From Leucoraja erinacea (lineage: Eukaryota): 64,000 bases of DNA. Both the position numbers and the translations under genes were made by a program. Location of the stretch: positions 29,388,001 through 29,452,000 of the forward strand of contig NC_073400.1 of assembly GCF_028641065.1 (NCBI RefSeq), read 5' to 3'. This document shows positions 36,411-48,800 of the stretch, in pieces; within the stretch, counting starts at the first letter, position 1, and each line of letters starts with the position of its first letter. The notes below the pieces were generated by a model. That model did not search any database. It saw only the letters and a program-made list of their open reading frames with translations, and was not told where the DNA came from.

Positions 36411-37389
36411 GCATATTTTGAACAAAGTACCGCTATAGTTGAGAAGAGGACCTGTAGCAATGCTGCTAAGACCAGAATTTCCAAATCGAACTTTCTTCTG
36501 CTACATAAAATGTGATTTTTGGAAGTGTTTCTGTGGTCATGACAGTTGAACCTTCTTGGTTTAGGATCTCACCCAGAAATTTGCAGTTCAGGCAGTGACG
36601 TACTCTACCAGTTGGCACTGAGGTGCTCGTAGGTCATGTGCTCATCTACTGGGGAGGGACGGTGTAGACGGAAATTTTCACGTGGACTCCGGGCTTGTTT
36701 TCAGAAAAAAATGTTTTATTACGAATTGGCCAACTTTGGTTACACATGTCCTGGGGCTGATGCCCTCAGATACAAGGCATTCAGTGCCTTTTACACAACC
36801 ACATCTACATTACCTTCCTCTCCTAACTTTACCTTGCATTCTCAGTGAGTAGAAAAGATAAAGGAATGCATGTATATTACTCTGTTGTGCTGCTGCAAGT
36901 ACATACTGCATGACAATAAAACACACTTGACTCACTTTTTGCCTTCTAATAGTCTATAAAATCTGTGAATATTTCTGCAGTTCCACGCTACATTACTGCC
37001 CTCCATCTCCACTTGGCTGTGCAGTATCTAAGGATGGGCTCACTTAGGGTCATTTTATTTGCAACTGGTCACTGAGGCAGGTAAAATCCAGTCTAGACCA
37101 ATTTTCAGTGAGACCACCTTACCCAGGCTTGAGGATCATCTTACATCTTGGGCTTATCTGCCTTAGCCCATTATCCACTTGAACCCATGTTCTTGCTTGA
37201 TCCATTGCCCCTTTATGGACTTGAACCCACAATATTTTGGCCCAGAGACAATGGGGTGTGGTGTGCTTAGACAGACACTTGCAATTGATTATAATGGGAT
37301 TGTTTAATTATTATCTTAATTTACACAGAGCCAACTCTTCTTCGTCTGAATGTTCAATTAACCTATCCTTTGTCTATTATAACGATGTT

Positions 37390-38018
37390 TATCTTACCAT
37401 CTGACTCTTGTGGATCTCGGCAGGGAACCAGATAATCCTCAGTCGAGGGACCGGGGTTTCCTGGGAACTCGTTCGGGAGTTCAGACTTAATGGATCCGAT
37501 AGTGCACCTTTCACTCCCCTCGAGGTCCGGAGCAGACAGCAGCCGCTTACTCAGTCATCGGAGATGGTCCCAGTGAGATCCTGCCGGCTACGGCAATGTT
37601 AAATTTATATCCGCGCTATCAAACAACAAACCCCATTGGTCACTTTAAGAATGTAACAAGTCCTCTTTATTACGCATGCGGGAGTGGGAGAGCATCCACC
37701 AGTCTGGTTACACAATCGTTGCCCCTCGCGGTCCCACTCAATTATTCTTTGCACAGGCAGCATATTTATACATGAATAGTCACGGGTCTAGTTAATCACA
37801 CAATCAGCACATTCGTGCACCGGTTCTGATTGTTTAGAACAAATGTGTTTTTCTCAGCAGCACAACTTGGTATCATGACTGTTCCCTTTTTAGTCACAAT
37901 ACCTTTTGCAGTTCTGCAAAACCATTCATTAGTTTGCAATTTTAAATAAGTAAAGCAGACTTGCCACGCGCAACAAGCAATCTGTATGTACACATGAACT
38001 CTTAAACCCCCAGCCACA
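37390..38018 (-). mobile_element. ERV/LTR element remnant: LTR (37597-38018), tRNA-Ser PBS (37578-37595) and leader
   Basis: TG...CA ends; TATAAA at 37765-37770; AATAAA at 37666-37671. TGCCGTAGCCGGCAGGAT matches 16/18 to the complement of a tRNA-Ser 3' end as recalled. Downstream GTAAG donors. Confidence 0.7.
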
Positions 38019-39591
38019 GTTTAAGAACCAGAGGACATAGGTTTAAGGTGAGGGGGGCAGATTTAATAGGAACCCGAGGGAACCTGGACAGGATAGGTTT
38101 CCTTCATCAGAGGGTGGTGAATCTGTGGAATTTATTTTAACAGACGGTTGTGGAAGCCAATCCAATGGATATTTCTGAGACAGAGATTGACAATTCCTGA
38201 TCAGTGTGGGTGTCAGGGGTTAGAAGGAGAAGGCAGGAGAATGGGGATGGGAGGGAAAGATAGATCAGTCATGATTGAATCGTGGAGTAGACTTGAATGG
38301 CCAAAAGGTCTAATTCTGCACTAAAAACTTACTAACCTATGCACATTGTATGTTTGTGGGTTTCTGCGGCAGTCATATTCGGAGAAAAGTAACACCAGTC
38401 TGAAGTAGGGTCCTGACCTGAAATGTCATCTGCCCATTTCCATTCAGAGATGCTGCTAGACCCACTGAAGTTTTTTTGTGTTTTGCTCAACTGCTCATAT
38501 TGACAGGAAGCACGTTGACCACAGCAAGATGCAGCTCGCACATTTGACGCAGAACAGAATATTTATTTCCATCGCATGATGGCCTTTGATGTGTTTGTAC
38601 TTTGACTGGAAATGTGTTAAAAAAATGTGTACTGTAGGGTGAACAAATTTATGAACAGATATGTCAGGCCCCACTAGGTCCTTCATAACTATACTATGCA
38701 TTAAAACCATACCTTATCCTTAATCATGTCAATATCCAGTACTAGTTCTATTTCCATGGATACTTTAATATCTAAGAAACAATTGTTCCCAGGCTAGGTT
38801 GTATTCGAGTCATAGATTCATACAACGAAGAAACAGGCCCTTCGGCCATACTTACCACTCCTCACTACGTGCCATGGAAAACCTAACCCCTTCACCTGCA
38901 CTCTCCTGCTCTGTAAGAACTGTGTGATGTGTTTAGGCTGACCCTTGCAATGAATGATGATGGGAGGGTTGGGGAATTTGTGGGTGGAGGGAATGAGGGT
39001 GGGTATGACACGAATGGGAACCAATGCCATTTTATCATTTGTATGCATGATCTAGGCTCATTCATTATACTGGCGGATGAAAGAGATCGTACAAGTGAGT
39101 GTAATTCATAAGGTCATTTGTGATAGGGGCAGACAATTTGACCCATCAAGGCTACTCCACTATTGAATCGTCGCTGATTTACCTCTCCCTCCTAACACCA
39201 CTCCCCTGCCTTCTCCCCATCACCCCTTACACCTGATGAATTGAACGAAACCGCTCAGAAGGTGTTTGACAAAGTAAAGCTATAAAAAGATGCCGGTTTA
39301 TCCAAAGACGTACCCAAAATGCTGGAGTAACTCAGATGGTCAAGAAATATCTCTGGTGAAAATTGATGGGTAACATTTTGGGTCAGGACCTTTCTACAGA
39401 CCATCTGAACATGGGTCCCAACTTCAAACATCACCTGTCTATTTTCTCCAGAGATGCTGCCTGACCTGTTGAGTTACTCCAGCATTTTGTGTTCATCTTT
39501 GAAAACGTATAGGACAGATTAAAGCAATGTAATCTGAACAGAGTGGTAAAGCAAGTGTTGCCAAAAACTCACACCGAATTAAAAATCTCTC

Positions 39592-39858
39592 CTAAGAAAC
39601 GACAGAGGCATAGGTTGACTCAGTGTTCTCTGGAGTCATAGTAGAGTGGGGTTTCCGAATGCCCTTTGGGCAGTTGCGGTGAAAATTGACATCTGCGTAG
39701 ACGACAGCGTGTTCAGCCGCATGCTGCCTTGATCTCAACTTCCTTTGACAATTCACCACTGCATACGCGATTCCACCTTCATTGTTATCCAAATGGTCAC
39801 CTGCCCTGTTGTTTTCCAGATTTGAATCAACGTGGTTCCCTTCCATCACTGCCATTTC
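39592..39858 (-). CDS. Gene C terminal exon with three ITIMs (IAYAVV, VVYADV, STYASV)
   Basis: tttcag|GAA ATG GCA ...; three matches to [ISVL]xYxx[ILV]; ends in TAG. Confidence 0.88.
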   Translation of the reverse strand, partial: EMAVMEGNHVDSNLENNRAGDHLDNNEGGIAYAVVNCQRKLRSRQHAAEHAVVYADVNFHRNCPKGIRKPHSTMTPENTESTYASVVS

Positions 39859-42800
39859 CTGAAATATAACAAAATCCCATTTTACAACCTAATAGATTTG
39901 AAAGGTCCTCAACAGAGGTCTATTACAAAGTAGGTCTCAAACTGTTCAGTGTACAGAACAAGCCATGGCTACTGTTTACAACACAAAGATAGTGCAGCAC
40001 GGTGGAGCAGCGGTAGAGTTGCTGCCTGACAGCGCCTACAACAGGTTTGTATTTTAGGTTAATTGGTTTGGTTTAATTGCAAATTGCCCCTAGTGTGTGT
40101 AGGATAGTGTTCGTGTGCGAGGTCACCCGTCGGCGTGGACTCGGTGGGCCAAATGGCGTGTTTCTGCGCTAGATCTCTCAACTGGAGTGGACTGGTGTTG
40201 CTAAATGTATATTTCACATTGTTACCTGGGTTTCATCGTTGTCTTCACCGTGTGATGTATTGTACTTGGATTCTGGAAAATATGTTGTCGATAGGGCCAT
40301 ATCAGGAACAGGTTTAAACATCATTCATTTATATATTTCATTCATGTGTTCCATGTACCTTCTATATCTCTCGTTTCCCTTTCCCCTGACTCTCAATCTG
40401 AAGAAGGGTCGCGACTCGAAACGTCACCTGTTCCTTTTCAAGAGTCAAGGGAGTTTTATTGTCATATGTCCCAGATAGAACAATGACAATCTTACTTGCT
40501 GCAGCACAATAGAATATGTAAACATAGTACATAACGGGAGAGAAAAAAAAGTTCAGTGTGTATATATACACATACATACATACTCAATCTGTTTATTTTA
40601 TCCAGGTAAGCTAACTACTATATTTGATGATTTTCTGTTGCGCTGCTGGCAAAATGTCGCTTCTGACCCGCTAATTGCTAGAGCATTTAATGTTTATCTT
40701 CAGTATTAACCACCATGTGCAGTTCCTTCCAACACACAAACATCTACATGTTTTGTGCAAGACTTTATATTTAGGAGAACCCCAAAAGTACTTCAGTATA
40801 TTTGCACGTACGGAGTAAGTGTATGCCCTCTTGTTCTGGTTACTCTACGTAATGTTCAGAATGGATCATATTCCCTGTGCTCTACCCATTCCACCCTAAA
40901 GCTACCTAAACCTACCTGATCTCCCTGTTGCTCAACACGTTAACTCCACCTCCCATTCCCACACTAACTATTCTGTCCTGGGCCTCATCCGGATGTTAGA
41001 CTAACTGGTCTGTAATTCCCCGTTTTCTCTCTCGCTCTCTTTTTAAAAAGTGGGGTTACATTAGCTACCCTCCAATCCTCAGTAACTACTCCAGAATCTA
41101 AAGAGTTTTGAAAAATTATCACTAATGCATCCACAATTTCTTGGGCTACTTCCTTAAGTACTCTGGGATGCAGCCTCCTATCTTGCCCAGGGAATTTATC
41201 GGCCTTTAATCCATTCAATTTACCAAACACCACTTTCCGGCATATCTGGATTTCACTCAGTTCCTCCATCTCATTTGACCCCTGGTCCCCTGCTATTTCC
41301 GGCAGATTATTTATGTCTTCCTTAGTGAAGACAGAACCAAAGTAGTTATTCAATTGTTCTGTCATGTCTTTGTTTCCCATGATCAATTCACCGGTTTTTG
41401 ACTGCAAGGGACCTACATTTGTTTTAACTAATCTTTTTCTCTTCACATATCTATAAACACTTTTGCAGTCAGTTTTTTATGTTCCCTGCCAGTTTTCTTT
41501 CATAATCTATTTTCCCTTTCCTAATTAAGCCCCTTGTCCTCCTCTGTGGACTCTGAATTTCTCCCTCTCCTCTTGTATGCTGCTTTTTTCTGGCTAATTT
41601 GTATGCTTATTCTTTTGTTTTGATACTATCCCTGATTTCAGCTCTGTGAACCTTCAAGTTTTCATCGGCAGCGGAGATAGTTGGCAGCTTCAAGTTCATG
41701 GGCGTTCACATCTTGGATTACCTGCCCAGGCTAGACTTGCCCGGCCTCAACTACCTCCTCTGGCAGCTCCTGCCATATACCCACCGCCCTCTGTGTGATG
41801 CAGGTATGTCGTACGTTTTCTATGTCCCTGTGAGGCTGCAGGCGTGATCTTCATTGTAACTGTACTTCAACGTGCTTGTTCATTTGACAATTAGCACGAC
41901 TTAACCTGATTCGAAATACAATAGCAAAACACAAAAGCATATTCTAACAGCTGAGAGGATGAGAGTATCTATGTAAATCTTACTTCTACCTAACCTCTTA
42001 GTTCTCATGCATCTCTGCTATTTCACACTCAGTTTCTGTACAATTATGTTAAAATAACATTTTATGTCACCGAGTCACCATGATAGCATCAAACATGATA
42101 GCATTATTGATCATTCATGCTTCCTCCTACTCTTTATTACTTTAATGCAGGGCATTTGTTGATTAGAACAGGATAAAATCTCTTGACATTCTGTAAGGAG
42201 CTGAGACATGTATTTTGAAATTATTTAAGATAAATCAGAAACTCACCCTTGGTTTTACGCTTTTGGTACCAAAAGAAGGCAATTATGAGAATCAGGAAAA
42301 GCACAGTGACACCAGACGCAACTATGTAAATGATCCTGTTGGACAGAAAATAGGGAAGGGTGAGACATGGCTCATCATTGATTCTTGGCCTTCAGTAAAG
42401 AACAAAAGTCAAACATTTATATGGCACCTTTCATGATTTTTATGAAGTGTGCAGCAAAGGAAATGAGGTGTAGAGTCTGTTTCAGTGGGTAATGCAGCAG
42501 TTAATCTGCTCACAGTAAGGTGACATTGACCAACGATCGTGCAACTGGTTGAAGAGCAATTGGGTCCAACCATTAAGGAACCCTCCCCTCTCCTTCACTA
42601 AAAATGCATGGGAAATGTTACACTTTTATAGCAATGATTAGTTGAGTTGAGTTCAGCTGAGTTTGGTTTAGTTTAGTTTAGTTTAAGTTAGTTTAATTTA
42701 TTTTATTTTAAAGATACAACATGGAAACAGGACTTTCCGACCACCAAATCTGCGTCGACCAGCAATCACCATATATTATATCTACCCGAAACATTAGAGA

Positions 42801-45800
42801 CAATTTACAGAAGCCAATTAACCTACAAACCTGCACGTCTTTGGAATGCGGGAAAAAACGGGAACATCTGGAGAACACCCACGTGGTCACTGAGAGAACG
42901 AACAAACTCCGTACATACAGCAACTGTAGTCAGGATCGATCACAATCTCTGGGGCAGTATGGCAGCAACTACATCGCTGTCCCACCATGCCACAGTTATT
43001 GGAGTTTTCATATCTGACAGCTAGCACGCTGCCCTCCTTCAGTACTGCAATGGTGTGGTACCCGATTTACCCTAATATTTGAAGCTATCCTTGAAACCAC
43101 CACTTTGTGAACACGGTTCTACAACCCTGTTCCAACCTCGGCAGAGAGAACACTACGCCAAAGAGAAAACAATGCACTTCTTTCAACAATTCTCACCCCA
43201 AAGCCATTTACATCTCCATCTCCACCAACATTGGTTTGGACAGTGACTGCTCGTTTAGGGCTGTCTGGAATATGGAACATCTACAACATATCCAGAAGGC
43301 GGCTCACCTTGACCATCTCAAGGTCAGCAGTGTGACCTAACGTGCCTACCACACAGGGTCACGTTCTAGGTGGAGACACTTCCTGCTGTTGGAGTGACTG
43401 ACATTGAGACTTTGACAAACTCCGTAAGTTGGTGTTTTAGCCCATAATTCACTATGCATTTTCCTACCAGTACCACCAGAGCAGGTCACAGCAAGGCAAC
43501 GCAGCAATAGTTGTGTTTGGCAACTATACTCATCTCACACCATGGGATGAGGTTAGTGATGGAGAACTCATGGTGAAAACCACAGGGAACGCCCTATAGA
43601 AACATAGAAACATGGAAAATATGTGCAGGAGGAGGCCATTCGGCCCTTTGAGTCAGCTCCGCCATACATTGTGATAATGGCTGATCGTCCCCAATCAATA
43701 AACCCTGCCTGCCTTCTCCCCATATCCCTTGATTCCACCAGCCCCTAGAGCTCTATCTAACAAGAGAGGGTTAGATACTTGACGCCGTACGTCACGCGCG
43801 AACTGCCCGCGGACTTCGCTCGAACTTCACGTCACTCACTCGACCTCCGCGCAGCCCCCGCGTCCAGTTTGGTCGCGCTTGCCGCATGTAGGTCGCATGC
43901 TGGTGGGACCGCCCCTCCACATCAGCAAGACAAAATGGTGACTGGACGATTGTTTCACTGAACACATATGCTCAGTCCGCCTGGGACTATATGATCTCCC
44001 AGTTGCTAACCTATTTAACTCCCCCTCCCATTCCCACACTGACTGTTCTATTCTGGGCTTTCTCCATTGCCAGAATGAGGCCGAATGGAACTTGGAGGAA
44101 CAGTGCCACACATTTCGCTTGGGCATCTTACAGCCAAGCGGCATAAATATTGATTTCTATAACTTCAAATAACCCTTGCATCCCCTCTCTCTCCGTCCCT
44201 CCCCCACCCTAGTCATTGCACGAATTTCACTGTTGTCTTGGAGTGTTTCATTGTCTGTACAACTCGTTTTCACCTAGCCCACAGCTAACTATGGATCGTT
44301 TCATTCATCATCGTAACTTTTGTTGCATATCTTTCATTCAATGTTTTATATCTTTCTATATCACCGTCGATATCGTTCTCGTTTCCCTTTCCCCTGACTC
44401 CCACTCTGAAGAGGGGTCTCAACCTAAAACGTCACCTATACCTTTTCTCCAGAGACGCTGTCTGACCCGACGAGTTACTCCAGTTGTTTGTATCTATATT
44501 CAGTTTAAACCAGCATCTGCAGTTCCTTCCAACACAATGAAAGTCGAAAGTTGCTGAACGCACATAGACGGCACCTAAGTTCGGGGTCTTGGCATTGTGA
44601 GGCTGTGGTTCCACTGGCTGTGTCTGGGCATTCAGATCAATAATCTCATGGGCCTTTAATGCCAGTGAACGGAGGAACCAACTTTCTCCCAATTGAAGCA
44701 ATCCCAATCAAAACACCAGCAATTAGTACATGGCGCCTTTCATTGGACACAGAGTATTTTACCTTGATGAATCATTGGATTCTTTCGAGGTTTCACAAGA
44801 ATATTCAAGTCCTGTTGGAACAAGGAAATAAAAATCAGTTTCACTGATTTTCACTTGCAGTTGAAGAAGAGAGCATGCTTGTCCGATGTAAGGAGTTTAT
44901 AGGTTTAATAGACAGGGCAATGTTTCTCCAGTGTAATTTGCAGCAAATGGGAGATGATTGCACAACTCAGGTAGAACTCAGGTCGCCGACATTAGGGCGG
45001 CACAGCGGTAGAGTTGTTGCCTTGCAGCGCCAAAGACCCGGGTTCAATCCTGACTACGGGTACAATCTGCACGGAGTTCGTATGTTCTCCCTGTGACCGC
45101 GTGGGTTTTATTCAAATGCTCCGGTTTTCTCCCACATTCTAAAGTCGTGCAGGTTTTGAGGTTAATTGCCTTCTGTAAATTGTCCCTAGTGAGTAGGATG
45201 GAATTTGTGCACCGGTGAAAAGCAGCTACTTCCACCTGGAATTCTAAACAAAACTAAAGGAGGTGATTTCATGCGAGGGATAGTGCCTGGGATGAAACAT
45301 TACAGTTCGAAGGAGAAGGCTGGATAGATGGGGATTTTAATCCATACAGGAAAAGAAGGGGGGACCTATTACAGCTGTGCAAAGCTATGAGGAACATAGA
45401 TAGGGTACTTTGTGGGAAATCAGCACAGCAGATGTGCGTAGAAATGGAGAACATAAGGTTGGGTTAAGGAGTAGAATATTTGGAGGGTATATGAGCAAGA
45501 CTTATTTTTAAACTTAGATAGTGGAGGCACTTGAATTGTCAAGTCTGAGAAGACTGTGGACGAGGGGCTGGTAAATGGATTAGTATCGATGGTTCTGAAT
45601 GGTCAACATTAACACTGTGGACCAAAGCTGAGGAGTCCAGAGTCCTCGAGGAGTTATCTGCGGCCACATTTACGGATAATTTCTGTTCCCTTCCCATATT
45701 TGAGCGTCGGTCATGTGGAGATGATGGAAAGTGAAAGTGCTTGGACTGATGTCACTGCAAACCTAGTTTAAAGGTGTGTAAACATAAGAGGAAGTTCTAG

Positions 45801-48800
45801 CCGGGAAGCTGGCCTACACCAGCACTGGGAAATCTATGTCTGGAGTCCAGCATTGACAAATGGACCATAATTACATCATTTTAATCTTGATAAGTTAATT
45901 AAATAACGTGCATGAATTTCAGGGTGTCGGGGGCTACGGGGAGAGGACAGGATCATGGGGTGAAGAAGGGAAGATACATCAGCCATGATTGAATGGTCTA
46001 TTTCTGCTTCTATCACTTGTGATCCTATGAACCACCCCACCTCCACTTCCCCTTCCTCTCCCCATTCCCTCCACTACTTACCAGTGCCGTTGAATTTCAC
46101 CAGGAAACTGCAGGGCACGTCACTGCTGGTGATGGACACGTTGACCATTTCACTGGATTTTGTTCCATTATTATTTGAGGCTGTGCAATAATATTGATGG
46201 TGCTGGTGTTTGAAGGATTGACAATGTAGATCCAGGACATTGTTGTCTGAGATCTTTGAATCCCCAGATGGGGTCTTTTCATACCAGGTGTGGTTAATGG
46301 GAAGGGATCCCCGGATCGACTCACAGGACACTGTCACTGAGCCCCCGAGACAAGAGACATTGGCTGGTGACAGACACCCAAGCACAGGAACAGACACGGG
46401 TTCTGTGGGAAAGGAGCAAACAGTCAGACACTGAGTGAACATCTGAAAATCAAACACTCGCCCATATCCACCATCTCTGTATCTTCGCCAGAGCCGCCAG
46501 GTTGGAATCTGACCCATCCACACTAGTTCCACCTGCTCTTGCTTAGCCCATAAGCTTCCAGACGCAAGAGACTGTGTATTTACTCGATCTATTCGTCGCG
46601 TGATTTTGTAGCTGCCATAAGATCATCCCTCATCCTCCTGCTCTCCCAGAAATGATGTCCTAGTCTGCTCAATCCCTCCCTGGAGTTCAGGCACTCAAGT
46701 CATGGCAGCATCATTGTAAATCTTCTCTGCACCCAATCTTACTTGATAGCATCTTTCCTATAACATGGTGATGAATACTGACCACAGAGCAGACATATCA
46801 TCAGACAATCTTCGATTCTCTTTTACATTTCAGGAATTGCCAGCAGGAAAAAGGGAGCATTGTTTATATAACTGTCGGACCCATCCCATCTACATAGATT
46901 CGTAGAGTCATACAGTAGAAACCTCGGCCTAACTTGCCCGCGCTGACCAACACGCCCAATCTACACTAGTTCCACATGTGCTTTCTTGGCCCTTAACCCT
47001 CTAAACATATCCTATTCATCTAACTGTCCAATATTTTCTGAAATGTTACGATAGTACCTGCCATAAATACTTCTGTCGGCAGTTCGTTTCATGGACCTAC
47101 CAACCTTTGTGTAAACACGTTATTCGCCAGGTTCCTGTTAAATCATTCCCCCCTGATATCAAAACTATGTCCTGCGGTTCTCGATTCCCCTACTCTGGGC
47201 GAAAGACCGTGTATTTACGATCTATTCCTCGCGTGATTTTTGTGATTAAAAAAAAATTAATAAATATTTTTATTAGAATCAATGTACAGTAGTATATACC
47301 GTGTTTTACATATTATTTTCGTGTACAACTTCTTGCTTTAAATTTATTTAATAGAAAAGTAACAGAAGCAAAAAAGAGAAGGAGAGAGAAAGTTCAGTAA
47401 AGTAGTGATATTGATAGTTCGTGAAATAGATAGAAAGAACCCGTAAAGTTATAAAGCCGCATAAAAACCGTGAACCACCTCCCCCCCCCCCCCGAAAAAT
47501 AAATAAATAAATTAGTAAATAGAAATAAAATATAGAAAATAAAATAAAATAATAAGAAAACAAAACAGAAAAAGAATAAAAGGGAGAAGGGATATACCTG
47601 CTTCATGTCTTTCCACACCCCTCACCCAGTTCTGAAACAGTTAATGTCCAGGGATATGTTGGACCATGTACTTGGAATGTCGATAAAAGGAAACTAAATC
47701 TTTAGGAATTGGTCTGCTTTACATGCTAGGACGAATCTCCTATCTTCGAGGTGTAACATTTTAGACCTGCTTGAAATCCACATTTGGGTTCGTTGTTCAA
47801 GAATTTGAGTATACGTTTTTTTGCTGTTATCAAGCCATGGTTAAGGAGAGAATTTTGGAACGAAATCACCTTAGAGCCGGCTTCCATTGTTCCAAAAATA
47901 ATCAATTCAGTGTTGGGGTCCAATTTTATTTTAAACTCGCGTGATTTTTTTACCTGCAATAAAATTACCCCTCATCCTCCTGCGCTCCAAGGAATAAAGC
48001 CCTAATCTGCTCAACCCCTCCCTGTATACCAGGCCCTCAAGTCATCGCAACATTCTTGTAAGTCTTCCCTGCTCCTTCTCCTCACAATCAATTTACCAGA
48101 TTTATACATCTCTGTGTCTCTCCATCCTCCCAGCTGCCAGAACTACCATGTCTGGCACTGGACCAGTACACAGCAGCACCATCTATCTTTGTTTTACAAT
48201 TCCAGCATCTGCAGTTAATCTTCTTTTAATCTGAAGCTCTGCATTTAATCTGAACATTCAAACACTTCATTAGTGCAACAGTATCAACAACGTTTTAATT
48301 ATCTTGCATAAAATTGTTGATGGTGATACTGTTGCACTAATGAGGTGTGTGAATGGCGGTATTGTAGAATAGTGTGTAGGGAGCGAATGGGAAAGTGGAA
48401 TAACATAGAACTAGTGTGACCGGTGATCGCTAGGTGGTGAGGACTCGGTGGGCCGAAGGATCCGTTTCCATGTTACATTTGTAAACTATTACTAAATATC
48501 CGGGTGAACATGTTTCTGTAAACTCTACAAACCGTTCACATCTTTTGTTTTATAAAGCGGCGACCAGAACTGTGCACCAGACTCCCACCTAACAAATGTT
48601 TTGCCCGTTGCCAAAGTGGAGACATCAAGTCACTCACTGAGAAACCTACCTTCAGATACTTGGAGATGTACTTTAAATGTTGGTTCGCCAGGTGTAGTAA
48701 TTCCACATTTGTACCATCCTGTATCTCCAGAGTGAAGATCCTCCACGGTCACAGTAAATATTCCTCGTGCCGGGTTATCTGTGATTGACACTGTTCCGTT

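Noticed and set aside
41984-42035. Extra cytoplasmic exon after the gene C TM exon
   Set aside because: It has stops in all three frames, and the TM exon already joins 40272 in phase. It cannot be excluded as a minor truncating exon.
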